Shown piece by piece: positions 27,238 through 39,782 of a stretch of DNA of 64,000 nt. Source of the stretch: Camelus ferus (Eukaryota). The stretch spans positions 96,350,001 through 96,414,000 of the forward strand of contig NC_045696.1 of NCBI RefSeq assembly GCF_009834535.1, in the 5' to 3' direction. A program made the position numbers and the translations under genes. Each line of letters starts with the position of its first letter. The stretch's first letter is position 1. Below the pieces are notes generated by a model. The model was not told the DNA's origin, did not search any database, and was given only the letters and a program-made list of their open reading frames with translations.

Positions 27238-27741
27238 CAATCTAAATGTCCATCAACAGATGACTAGGTAAAGAAGATGTGGTATATACATACAATGGAA
27301 TATTACTTGTTCATAAAAAAGAATGAAATAATGCCATTTGCAGCAACATAGACAGACCTAGAGATTATCAAATTAAGCCAGACAAAGACAAATATATGAT
27401 ATCACTTATATGCAGAATCTAAAAAAAATGATACAAATCTTATTTACAAACCAAAATAGACATAGAAAACAAACTATGGTTACCAAGGGGGAAAGGGTGG
27501 AGGAGGAATAAACTAGGAGTTTGGGATTAACAGATTCACACTATTATATATAAAATAGATAAACAACAAGCACTTACTGTAAAGCACAGGGAACTATATT
27601 CAGTTTCTTATAATAACATATAATGGAAGAGAATCTAAAAATATATATGTATGTATATGTATAACTGAATTGGTTTGCTGTACACCTGAAACTAACACTG
27701 TAAATGAAATACATTTCAATAAAAAACAAAATAAAAAAAAA
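27238..27741 (+). mobile_element. 5'-truncated L1 (cetartiodactyl-type 3' end)
   Basis: L1 ORF2 end and 3'UTR, aataaa plus A tail; perfect 16-bp TSD gaaagtgtgttttcac (27222-27237 / 27742-27757). Confidence 0.92.
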
Positions 27742-28130
27742 GAAAGTGTGTTTTCACAACTCTGAATCACTGCTAATTTATTACCTTGCACATACTCTCT
27801 TGTATTCTCAATTATGCTGTCATGTGTCTCTATTCTCCAATTTTCTTTTGAGTTCCTTGAAATCAAGGATTGGGTCTTCTTGGATGGATGCCCACAGCTG
27901 CTAACAAAGCAGAAGCAGATAGTAGATGATCAATAGGTATTTCTTTATTGCTTCAAATCTAAATGCCAAATTGAGCTTGAGGTTCAAACTAATTTTGCCA
28001 GAATGTTTATAAGAACTAAATTGATTTAAAATGATGTACATAGGCTACGGGCAGTGGATACCTGAACAAAACGAGCAGAATGCATTCTGAGTAGACAACC
28101 CACAAGCTCAGCTGTAACTCTGCCATGATG

Positions 28131-28591
28131 GGGTTTTTTTCTTTTTTTTTTTAATTGAAGTACAGTCAATGACAATGTGTCAATTACTGGTGTATAGCAT
28201 AATGTCCCAGTCATGCATGTATCTACATGTATTCGTTTTCATATTCTTTTTCATTAAAGGTAATTACAAGATACTGAATATAGTTCCCTGTGCTATACAG
28301 AAGAAACCTGTTTTTAATCTATTTTTATATATAGCAGTTAACGTTTGCAAATCTCAAACTCCCAAATTTATTCCTTCCCATCCCCTTTTCCCAGTAACCA
28401 TAAGATTGTTTACCATGTCTGTGAGTCTGTCCCTTTTGTAGATGAGTTCATTTGTGTCCTCCTTTTTCTTTCTTTCTTTCTTTTTTTTTTTAGATTCCAC
28501 ATATGAGTGATATCATATGATATTTTTCTTTCTCCTTCTGGCCTACTTCACTTAGAATGATGATCTCCAGTTCCATCCATGTTACTGCAAA
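28131..28591 (-). mobile_element. 5'-truncated L1 3' end
   Basis: Poly-T, gaatatagttccctgtgctatacag, gattccacatatgagtgatatcat; TSD tgccatgatg (28121-28130 / 28592-28601). Confidence 0.9.
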
Positions 28592-29389
28592 TGCCATGAT
28601 GTTTTTAATATAGGATGATTGGCTTCCACTATTTGACACTGAGAATGTTTTGTCTCAATATCTGAATAAGTTATTGTCATCAAAATGACATTCACACGAA
28701 TGAATTTTCATCTTGAAAGGGTGGGTACACATTTTCCAGGGCAAATGCCATTATGCTAATTTAAATCCTTGGTCAATTTTCTATACATTGCAGTAAAAAC
28801 ATTTCCATTTTTGTTTTATACTCCCATTTGTATTTTACTGAAATTATTCTCCTTGGGATCTGTTCTCCTTTATGTAAAATTTTCAACAGAGGTTAGATTC
28901 ACTATTCAAGCTCCTGTCCATATCAGACTTCACTGATTATATTTTTGCCATATTGTGTTTTCTTGTATGGCCCTCAGTTTTACTAATTCCAATGTTATCT
29001 TGGTCAAATTAGACAGATCTAAAAGTTATTAAGAAGGTCTCATTCCTGGCATTTTAATTTTGTGTTGATAATCTCTGAGTCTAATTTTTTACATCAAAAT
29101 TTCGTTTTCAGTATCACAGAGACGATCTCATTCCCCAGTCAGGTTTGTGCTTTTTCTATTAAGTGTTATTTGTGAACAGCATTAGCCACTGTCAGTTGAT
29201 TATTTCTCATAAGTCTAGTGTTTGCTCATGATCTGGTCAAATTGTCCCTGGGGTGGAAACAGCAGAGTCCAAATGGTACTGTCAAAGGAGAAGGATCATA
29301 ATTTCCTGCTTCAGAAGTTACCCATTAGAGATGCAATGTTTTCCCTTTCTTATAATACAAACACCCTCTGGAAGAATAAGACCTTAAAG

Positions 29390-29820
29390 TATTAGTTGGC
29401 GAGAGGCAAGTAATCGAGAATATACACCCTGCAGGCTGCGCAGGTTCAAATCCCATCTCTACCATTTACTAGCTGCCTGATTTTTACAGGTTCCTTACTA
29501 AACTGTGCTTCCATTTCCTCACTTTAAAACAGGACTGTTGTGAGGATTACATGAGTTAATAAGCTCAAAACAGTCCTTGGCACATAATGACCACTCAATA
29601 AAACTGAGGTTCCATTAATACCGTTAGTCAGAAGAAATTGCATCAATGTTCTTCAGATACATTGTTTTATATCTTTGTTCAACTGTGCCTCAATTTCCTC
29701 TTCTGAAAAATGGGGCTGTTAAGAGTAACAACCACATAGGGTAGCTGAGCAACCTGAATGTGTAAAACAGTGCTTAGAGCGAAGCGTGGCACAGGGTTGA
29801 GTGCTGTTTAAGTGCTTTGC
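29390..29820 (+). mobile_element. Two MIR fragments
   Basis: ggttcaaatcccatctctaccatttactagctg...gttgtgaggatta; ctgtgcctcaatttcctcttctgaaaaatgggg. Confidence 0.75.
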
Positions 29821-30945
29821 TAGGAGATGTTATTTTTTTACCTTCCAGTGAGTGAGTTTACTGCATCCTAAGAGCCTGAGACCTAGTTTCCATACAGAAT
29901 ATTACAGAGACAATACATGGAGCCTAGGATCCTGAGGCCAAAGGGTACCACCAATGAGCATGAAGATACATTGAAAGCAGAAGTGATCTATGTAGCCATT
30001 TTAAATGATAATCCACAATAATAATGAAAGCTTCATGACTGGGATTTTTGGCCTTTGTGTTCTCTGCTATGTACCCAGCACCTCAAACAGTGCCTGGAAC
30101 ACCTTAGGCAGTCAATAAATATTTGTTGAATAAGTGAATAAATGAATGAATGAGTATGAAGATTATATGGCAATATTGAAAGTGTTTCTTATATGGTATT
30201 AAGTAAATAAATAAGATATAAAATTATATGACCCTATGATCACAACTCTGTGGAAATACATAGGCAAATGGTGAAGACCAGAAAGTAACATGCAGAACTG
30301 AAAATAATTGTATTGTTAAACTGGCTGTAATATTGTTATACTGTTTTTTAATGAGGTAAAACAAAGAAGGTGAAGGTAAAAATTCCCTAGAGAAAAATTA
30401 CAGCTATATCATAACTTTATATAATGTGGGCCACCTCACCTATATCTTTTTTTTTAACTTTGTACCATCACTTTATCACAATCAATTTGATCATCTATGT
30501 TTGAATAATGTTTTGGATGAATACAAATGGCAAAAATTATTCCAACCTAATGCAATTCTGAATAGGCCAATAATCATAGAATAAACTATAAAAGAAACAT
30601 CATTATTTATGGAGGAAATCATTGATTCTCAGAAGACCAAATGAGAAATAACTAGCACTAAGAATTCTGTAGGGGGCCAATACAAGAAGAACAAAAATAA
30701 GTTACCTAAGAAAGATTCTAATAAGAAATATAAAGATGTATTTCATTACTTTTATATTTACCTCTCTCTTCCATCTGAAATTTATTTTTGAGTACATGAG
30801 ATTAACATCTAACTTTTCTTTACAACTGGATATCCAATTGCACCAAAAACATAAATGGATTGATAAGTGCAAAAATTTTTAATGGAAAGACTCATAATGT
30901 CTTTTTCTCTTTCTTCTTTCATTCTCTTTTCTGATGGTTTGATGA

Positions 30946-31832
30946 CTAGAGAAGTTCCTTTAACATTTGTTGTAAAGCTGGTTTGGTGGTACTGAATTCT
31001 TTTAGCTTTTGTTTATCTATGAAGCTTTTGATTTCTCCATCAAGTCTGAACAAGAGCCTTGCCGGATAGAGTATGCTTGGTTGTAAGTTTTCCCCGTTCA
31101 TCACTTTAAATATATCGTGCCACTCCCTTCTGGCCTGTAGAGTTTCTCATGAAAAATCAGCTGATAACCTTATGGGAGTTCCCTTGTATGTTATTTATTG
31201 CTTTTCTCTGGCTGATTTTAATAGTTCTCCTTATCCTTAATTTTTGTCAATTTGCTTATTGTGTGCCTCAGTGTGTTCCTCTTTGGGTTAATCCTGTGTG
31301 GGACTCTGCATTTTCTGGACTTGGGTGACTGTTTCCTATCCCAAGTTAGGGAAGTTTTCAGCTATTATCTCTTCAAATGTTTTCTCAGGTCCTTTCTCTT
31401 TCTCTTTTCTTTCAGGGGCCCCTATAATGTGAATATTAATGCACTTCACGTTGTCCTAGCGTTCTCTTAAACTATCCTCATTTCTTTTCATTCTTTTTTT
31501 TTTCTGTTCTGTGGTAGTGATTTTCACTTATCTGTCTTCCAGCTCATTGATCCGTTCTTCTGCCTCATTTAGTCTATTCTTGGTTCCTTCCAGTCTGTTC
31601 TTTACTTCAGTTATTGTATTCTTCAACACTGTTTGGGTATTCTTTGTATTTTCTAACTCTTTGCTAAAAACTTCACTCTGTGCATCTATACTCATCCTGA
31701 GTTCTCTGAACATCTTCGCCATCATTACTCTAAACTCTTTCTTGGATAGATTGCCTGTCTCCTTATCACTATTTGTTCTTCTGGGATTTTATCTTGTGCC
31801 TTTGCCTAGAACACATTCCTCTGCTGCCTCAT
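30946..31832 (-). pseudogene. Disrupted LINE-1 ORF1p
   Basis: Starts MRQQRNVF*; coiled coil KNTITEVKNRLEGTKNRLNEAEERINELEDR; C-terminus ARREWHDIFKVMNGENLQPSILYPARLLFRLDGEIKSFIDKQKLKEFSTTKPALQQMLKELL*; internal stops and frameshifts. Confidence 0.9.
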
Positions 31833-32035
31833 TTTGTCTAAATTTTCATCTGTATTTTGAGGTAGGTTAGTTATGTTTCTTGACCTTGGAGAGGTGGCCC
31901 TCTGTGGGAGACATCCTATGTGTCCTCTCTTGTCACCCAAGGGCCAGAGTCGATTTGGTCCCAGTGTAGAGTCTGGCCTGTGTTTGTAGACTCCTTCCAC
32001 AAGCTTTGGGATTTTTTTTTTTTTTTTTTCTGGTA

Positions 32036-32050
32036 ACTGCCCCCTGGTGG
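32036..32050 (-). promoter_or_regulatory. Perfect CTCF core motif in the L1 5'UTR
   Basis: Minus strand CCACCAGGGGGCAGT. Confidence 0.55.
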
Positions 32051-32734
32051 ATAAGGCTGGACTAGAGGCTTAGGCAGATTTCCTGGTAGGAGGAGATGGC
32101 GCCTGCCCACAGGTGTAGCTGGTCCTCTGGTGGCTAGGATTGTGCCTAGAAGCATGCCTAGAGGCAGCTGGGGCTCAGGAGGACTGCTGATGGGTGGGAC
32201 TTTGTTCCCACCCAGTATGTTGTTTGGCCTGAGGCTTCCCTACAGGCTGTTGGGTGGGGCTAGGTCTTGGTGCTAATGATCCACTCAAGATGTCAGCCTC
32301 CAGGAAAGCTCATGTAGATTAACACTCCCAGAATGTCCGCCACCAGCTTTTATGTCCCCTGGGTGAGCCATAGCTACCCCCAACCTCCCCAGGAGACTTT
32401 CCAAAACCAGCAGGCAGTTCTGGCCCAGGTTCCTATGAAATCACTGCCTCTGCCTTTGGCCCTGGTGCATGCAAAATTCTGTGCGCACTTTCCAAGAGAA
32501 TGAGGTCTCTGTTTCCCCCAGTCCCCTGGAGGTCCTGGTGTTAAGTCCCGCTGGGCTTCAAAACCAGATGTTCTGGAGTTTCCTCCTCCCAATGCCAGAA
32601 CCCTGGACTGGGGAGCCTGACGTGGGGCTCAGCACTCTTACTCTTGTGGAAAGGGCTCTGTGGCTTAATTATTCTTCAGCTTGTGGGTCACCCACCCAGA
32701 GGGCACGGGGCCCAATTATATCGCAAGCACACCC

Positions 32735-33202
32735 TGAAAGAGTAGAAAACTAACAAGATGACTATTGAGTTGTTCGGGCCTGCATTTCTAGCTAAATTGA
32801 TCTTATGACTAATAGGCTCCCTTCCCTGTACATTCTTTTCTTAGAATGGACTTATCATTTTTCACCCTAGAGGTCTTGAAAGAAGTTCATGGACTGGACC
32901 TCAAGAAAATGGGTAGACCCTCCTAAGTTCCTCCATAACAACAGCAAGCTCTTATCAAGAAGAGGAGAATGTAACACCCTGTAAAATGCCCTAATTGTTA
33001 CCACCTTTTCGGTTCCATCCAGTTTTTCTATGAAACCTCAGGACACTAATTCCAAGACGGACTCACAGTCTCTAAGGCACAAGCCTGCTGTGACTCCCTT
33101 TGCTGGGCAAAGCAATAAAGCTGTTCTTTTCTATCCTCCCCAAACTCTGCTTCTGAGTTTGAATTGGCTTTTCGGGGTGCAGAGGTTGATTTTTCGGTAA
33201 CA
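32735..33202 (+). mobile_element. ERV1-class solo LTR
   Basis: TG...CA termini; AATAAA at 33114-33119; U5-like aaactctg...ttcggtaaca; the L1 5'UTR resumes on both sides. Confidence 0.8.
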
Positions 33203-33349
33203 GCACCTCCTACCATCCCACTGAGGTTCCCTCTTTATGTTTCCAGTTGAAGAGGATCTTTTTTGCTAGGTCCCAGTCTTTTTTTTTTTTTTTTACATGG
33301 TTGTTTAGTAGTCAGTTGTGGTTTTGTTGTAGTTGTGAGGAGAGGCGAA

Positions 33350-33819
33350 TGTTAGGCCAACTGATGTCCTTCAAAGTCGAACAACCCCCATTTCTGGCCT
33401 CTCAGATGTCTGCCTGTGATCCCTCAACAGATACAGTATATTCTTTATTGAGCGTGTTTGTTCTAACAAACTAATAGCCCTAGGTAGCGCCTAATCTCAC
33501 AATAGCTCAGGCTGGCTTGTTTCAGCCCACCTTCTCAGAGTAATAAACCCCACCGTCCCTTCACCTCTTACCTCACCGACAACCAACCAGTTGTGCACAA
33601 GCTGGTCAGGCACCTTGTGACTCGACCTTACAAAAGACCCCAACAACCAGCCCTCGGTGTTCACACAGGCATCTCTCGTCTGTGCAGCCTGCTGTTGTCT
33701 ATGGCAGCGTACCCCTAATAAACTCCTTTCCATTCCCATACTTTATCTCTGATAAATTCTTTTACCAACCCATGTTGTCACTGGCTCACTGACCAGCCAC
33801 TGCATTGTGTCCCACAACA
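33350..33819 (+). mobile_element. ERV solo LTR
   Basis: tgtt...aaca termini; aataaa near 33717; degenerate 5-bp TSD gcgaa/gcaag. Confidence 0.75.
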
Positions 33820-34035
33820 GCAAGCTCGTGGTCCTACTACTCTGCCATCTTGACTGGACTGCCACCCATATCCTTTTAAAGTTGGTCCTGAAAAATCTAA
33901 TTATGATCATACAGGAAAAAATTCTGACTAAAACCGAGTAACTGGGACCCTTGATTAATAGGATTATTTTTATTTCTGATTTCAGGAGAAAAATACAAAG
34001 GTCCACAGATATAAATAGAATACAAGTGATATGTA

Positions 34036-34036
<1 letters not shown>

Positions 34037-34078
<42 letters not shown>
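34037..34078. repeat. (CA)21 microsatellite
   Basis: Uninterrupted dinucleotide run. Confidence 0.97.
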
Positions 34079-34081
<3 letters not shown>

Positions 34082-35642
34082 CCTTTCATATCATATCGTG
34101 AGCTGATTATCCATTCAACACTATCTCCCAGACTGGCTACATCCACCATAGAGTACAATGAGTATTTATGTTCATAATGATCTTTCTGGGGCACTGCAAG
34201 GACTTCAATCATCAAACAAAGATTCAATTACATTTACCACCCTACACTTCCTAAGGCATTAAAGGGGATAATGCATTTTAGAAAGATTTTTCTATGAAAA
34301 GATTTGAACAAAGGGTGTCAGGTTAATTTTTAGTTAACCAGAAAATTTAATTAACCAGAATGGCTCATCCCCTGAACATCCCCATTAAATGAGGTTTGAT
34401 TGTACTTTGATTTCTGAAATCCTGGTCCAGCTCCTTCCTATTAATAGTGCCTGGTGGAAAAGATGTAGTCCTAGAGTCAAACTACTTGGGGAAGATTAGA
34501 TTGTTCTCAGCCATGAAAACAAAAAGACAACAAGTGCAAAAAACAAATCCTCTCCTTGAATGCTTCTCCCTAGGTTTGACTTTGATGCTTAGATGTGCTG
34601 CATGAAAGAACTGGCCCAGTTAGAAAACAAGAGTTTGAGGTCTTATAGTTTCTATTTAAAGCTATATTAATGTTATAAGTCTCATTTTGAGAAAATATAC
34701 ATTAGCCATTAAAAATTAATTAATTTTTATTTGTTTTCCAGATTAATGGTTCGTCTAAAATAGAAAATTGAATGAGGACTTGGTGATTCCATTTGCAGAA
34801 GCTAATTGAAGCACATATTTGTGAAATTAGACATGGAGAAGTGAACCACAACCACTCACTCAACCACAATGAGAATCATTTTTTTACTTATGAGACAGAA
34901 TAAAAGAAGAGAAATTAATATGTGTGTGATAAGTCCTCCATCTTCCTTCTCACCCTGCTGTGTCTATGAAGGAGGAGTCTGGGTCTTTTGTGATGATAAT
35001 GGTGACAAGGGGCAGAGCTGAAAATCTCAGGGAGTTGGGAGGCAAATGAGAGGAGTGGTCCCATGCACTGGGTTTCATGCTTTTTAAAATATCAACTTTT
35101 AAATTTATCAATGTTTCCATGCAAATAGAATGAAAGGACAGTTATTTCTAAAGAGTTTGTAATCAACCTGCAGCCCCTCAGGCCTCCCCTTCCCCCGATC
35201 TATCCAGCAGCTGACTTCCTCGCAGGGCGTCAGCAGCATTTCAACAAGGCAAACCCCAAAGCACAAGTGCTCCTCCAGTCTGTGCATGTATCACATCTAC
35301 TGGTTTATCACCGGCCAAATCAAGTCACATAGCCAGGCCCACAGCCACTGTGGGAGGGGACTACACAGGGCAGGAACAGGGAGAAGGGCTATTCAGTTAG
35401 CATAATAATCTCCAACACACATTGCAACAATGTAACTATGTCTTTTTGGTAATAATGTCCATCTTCCCATCTCAAAGATAAATTCACAGAGCCGAGTGTT
35501 TTTATGGCTTATTTCATGTTAAGTGAAGTCTTCCCAGGAATACCCAAGTGGTTCTCCACTCACAATGCACAACAGACATTCCTAGTGTCTACTTTTCCCA
35601 TCTCTCCTTCTGCCTCTTTTGCACGCACTGCAGCAATCTCCC

Positions 35643-36250
35643 TGCATCTGTCTATTGTTGCCAAAACAAATTACCGCAAATCTAGTGACTTTTTAAAGCC
35701 ACTATGTATTATCTGAAAGTCCAAAGCCCTGCAGGCTTGGCTGCAGTACTCTGTTGGGAGCCAGGCTGAAATCAAGGTGTCAGCCGGCCTGGGATCCTAT
35801 CAGGAAGCTCTGAGCCAATCAGCTTCCAGGCCCATTCAGCCAGTTGGCAGCATTCAGTTCCAGAGCTGTCAGACGGAGGGCCCTGTTTCCCTGCTGGCTA
35901 TTGACATGGGGTTGTTCTCAGCTTCTCCAGGTGGACTGCATTCCTTGACTCAGGGTCCCTATGTCTTCAAAGCCAACAGTTGATCATCAAGTTCTTCTCA
36001 AGCTTCCCTATCTCTCTGATCTCTCCTTCTGCTTCATTTCTCTTTCTCTTCTGCTGCATCCCTCTGACTCGACTTTAAGGGCTCAGGTGATTACAATGGG
36101 TCCATCCAGAAAATCTAAGATAATCTCCCTAATTAGTAGCTTTAATTCCATTTGCAAAATTACTTCACAGCAATCTTTAGATTAATGTTTGACTGAATGT
36201 ACAGAGAACAAGAATCTTAGGAGGACATCTTTAGAATTCTGCCTACCATA
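35643..36250 (-). mobile_element. MLT1D/E-like MaLR solo LTR
   Basis: aacaaattaccgcaaa...ggctgaaatcaaggtgtcagc...ttagaattctgcctacca. Confidence 0.75.
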
Positions 36251-36309
36251 CCCCAAAGTCTCTTTCCTATCTTATACTATTCACAAACATTTCTCTAAAT
36301 TGCAGTTCT

Positions 36310-38930
36310 GAGTGGCAGAGTAGAGATGTTTCTCCCCTCCTTCCTCTTTAAAATCACTCCCAAACTATAAAAGGAATAATAAACTGAAACACAGACTCTA
36401 TTTTTTTAAACTAAACTAGAAAACATCTTTCCTACCACAATATACAGGTAGAGAAAGTAGATGGAAGAATTGTAAATCACTTAACAAACAGGAGGAAATT
36501 CAAACTGAGTGCTGGTGAGAAACAAGCCAATTTGTCTCATGAAATCTCAGAAAATCTCAGGAATTCAACATACCTGAGGGTGAAAAACACTATAGTTACT
36601 GATATTTAGGATTCCCCAATGAAAATTCCAGCTCATCTCTATAGAAAGCTGGCCAGTGGTCATGCCCTTCTCATGTACAAGAGGTTCCAGTCAGCTTTAT
36701 CCTGTTTGACTCTTTAATATAAAACAGAGAGCTAAGGATCATCAGACATTTGTACAAAGACCAAAACAAACCAAGCAAAAAAAAAAAAAAAAAAAAAAAG
36801 GAACCGAGAGGAAACTCAAGGAGCAGAAGAAAACTCAAAAGCAAATATAATTAATATTCTCAGAGAGATACAAGAAACCCTTACTTCCGTAAAATAAGGA
36901 CGGCATGCCATAAAAAGGAGTTATCAGAAAATAAGAACCTTTTAAAATTAGACATATTAATAGAAATGAAAAAATTACCATATGGTTTGAAAGATGAAGT
37001 CTAGGAAACCTCTCAGAAAATAGTTAAAAAGAATGGTGCAAAATGAAAGAGAAGATAGGAATGTTCAAAGATCACTATAAAACACCAAAGATGAATAATA
37101 GGAGTTCCAGAAAAAGAAAAAAGGAAGGTGGGGATATTATCACAAGAAGAGTACAAGTTTTCTAGACTTGAGGGCAAGAACTCCACCCACGTACCCAGCA
37201 CAACAAACGAACAAAGACCTATACTGACGCACATTATTGGGAAATTTCAGAAAACCAGAATTTTTTAAAAAATTCAGCCACATTCAAAAGGTCAGGAATC
37301 AGGGAATTATTGTTCCTCTCAAGTGCAGGAGGAGAAACTGACAGAGGAGCACAGGGGCTTTAAATTACTGAGGTGAAAGCAGTTTCCAACCTAGAACTCT
37401 GCACCCAGACTATCAATCAAATACAAGATGGAATAAGACATTTTGGGATTTACAGCGTTTTAAAACCGAAAAACTCTTTTCACCCTTTCCCAGAGTGTTA
37501 TTAGAGTCCATCACGATCACCACCACCCCTCCTCCCCACACACACCCCTTTTTAGTGAGGAAATAAACTAGAAGGAGGGATGGAGGAAACAGAAAATGCA
37601 ACAAAGAAGCAAAGAAAATTCCCAAGATACTGGCAGGGGAGGCCCCTGGACTACAGCCAGGCAACAGACTCAGAGAGCTATCGGTCCAACCTAGAGCGGA
37701 ACAGAGGGTTTCTGGAAGAATTTCTCCAATAAAAAACAAAACCAAAACAAAGTAGGGGAAGAGGAACGAGAAATTTTCCAACAGATTTGACTGTGTAGAA
37801 AACAGCTAGTAGGGGGGATCTTATAAAGCGGTTACAGTGTGTAGGAAGACATCAACTATTTTTGAAAAAAAAAAACTAAAATAATTTAAAAATAAGGTAA
37901 TTTTTATATTTTAGAGAAAAAAGTAATTAAAGAAAGGAAGTACAATCTTAGTACAATACTTGGCCCAAGAGCTAACAATACAAATAAAATCATTACATGT
38001 GGCTTTAATCACAAATGGAGATACTGAGACCAGAGGGAAGGGGGCAGGGCACAGACATTCAAGGAATGACCAAAATTAACAGCAAAATGGTGGAAGATTC
38101 AACTCCCAGTTAGCCTTGAGGATTAGGATGGCGGGAGGTTTGACCTCTAGTAGACCTTGAGCTTCATTATATGCTCATTGTAACATATTAGCATGATAAA
38201 TAACATGCCCACAGGCGCCATAACTGTCCCAAGGCTAACTGCAAAAGGCCAAACAAAGAGTGGGAAGTGGCCCAATTCCTGGGAATCCCAGCCCCTTCCC
38301 CAGGGCAGTAGGTGTGTGAAGCTACTGAGCCCATAAAAACTGGCAATGCTGCCAGGCCTGGTTGCCTTCTCGCTCCCTCCCCTTTGGAGACGGCCTGCAC
38401 TCTGTCTATGGAGTGTGTACCTATTTTTACTTTAACCTGAGCACCCAACTCCCACACCTCTTTCCTTGCCTTTCTCTTGCCTTTTGAAACAGCCTACACT
38501 CTATACAGTATGTATCTCTCTAAATAAATCTACCTTTACCCAACTGTGGCTCACTCTTGAATTCTTTCCTGCGTGAAGCCAAGGCCCCACACCTGGCGGG
38601 GCACGTACCAGGGACTCACCGAGACCTGGGACATGGCCCTCCTCATGCCCCATGTCTGTTTTTCCTGCATCAATATGATTATACTATGAGGGTGATGGGC
38701 AGGCAAGAGGAGGCCATGTGAAAACGGGTTGGGGAACCACAGGCAAGGCTAACAGAGTTGAATGTAATTGCCTCCAGGGAGCTGGATGGCCAGTGGGGAG
38801 AGGAAGGCCTGAGGGGTTGAAGGTTTATTATAAACTTTTTAGAAACAATTATCTTTTTAAAAGCTATTTTCATGTAAACATTGATAAACTTTATCAACTT
38901 TAACTTGATAAAGTTAAAATTAATACTTTA
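36310..38930 (+). mobile_element. HAL1 (half-L1)-like element, degenerate, split by an LTR
   Basis: A-rich ORF1-like region (aataggagttccagaaaaaga; ccaacctagaactct) followed by a HAL1-like 3' region (aattcccaagat...gtccaacctagagc) instead of ORF2. Confidence 0.6.
38025..38672 (+). mobile_element. ERV1-class solo LTR
   Basis: TG...CA termini; 4-bp TSD atac/atat; cataaaa TATA-like box; aataaa near 38523; tcttgaattctttcctgcgtgaagccaagg U5 motif. Confidence 0.85.
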
Positions 38931-39282
38931 AAAAGTATAGAATACAGTCCACAGGGTCTCTTTTCTCATAGACCTCCTAGCTTCCTAGGATTGGCTTTCT
39001 TTTTTTCTCCCCCTGAGATTGTCAGCGTCTGCCATGGAGACAAAAACTAGCCATCCCAGCAGAGCACAGCCCCATGTGGCTGAATACAGCCTATGAATAG
39101 TTCAGGTGAAGCACAGAAATGCCCAGCCAACCCACAGACTTGTGAGCTGCAGTAGGTAGTTGTTTTAAGCCACTAGGTTTGGGCGTGGTTAGTTATGCAG
39201 TAATAGATGAGTGATGAAACATGTAACTAAAGCCAATGAGATTTTTTTCCTCTACATAATTTTTTTCCCTCTACTATCATTG

Positions 39283-39520
39283 AGCAGCACACTGCATACT
39301 GATTAAGTGTGTAGACTCTGGAACCAGACATTTACTAGCCATTTTCTACCTCTGAGACCTTAGGTGAATTACTCATTTTTCTAATCTGTAGAATGGGAAT
39401 AATAATAATGAACTATCTCATAGGGTTGTTGTGAGGATTAAATAAGTTGGTATGTGCCAAGTACTCAGAAGCATTCTGAAGTCTGTGAATATTCTTAGTG
39501 TTAGCTATTCTTTCATCATT
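39283..39520 (+). mobile_element. MIR SINE
   Basis: agactctggaaccagac...atctgtagaatgggaataataata...tcatagggttgttgtgaggattaaat. Confidence 0.85.
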
Positions 39521-39782
39521 CTTCTGGTTTTTTTTTTAAAGCTGGGAATGTGTCCATTTAATATAAATCATCAAATATATATACAGAAAGAAGCTCATAA
39601 TATCCTCATTCTCTGTTAGTTATCTGAAACAGATATAGGGATGTCCCCTTTTCATTCCTCATATTCTTACTTATAGCTTTTCTTTTTCTTGATCAGTCTC
39701 ATTTGTGACTTGTCAATTTTATTTATTAGCCTTTTCTTTTTATTTATTTATTTAATTTTGGGGGATATACAATTATATTTTA

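Larger units (their letters stand above)
30900..33860 (-). mobile_element. L1 5' half (5'UTR and ORF1, no ORF2), 5'UTR split by two solo LTRs
   Basis: 5' end reads tccagtcAAGATGGCagagtag (YY1 motif, 33844-33851); GC-rich 5'UTR; ORF1 homology; ends about 45 nt after the ORF1 stop. Confidence 0.88.
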
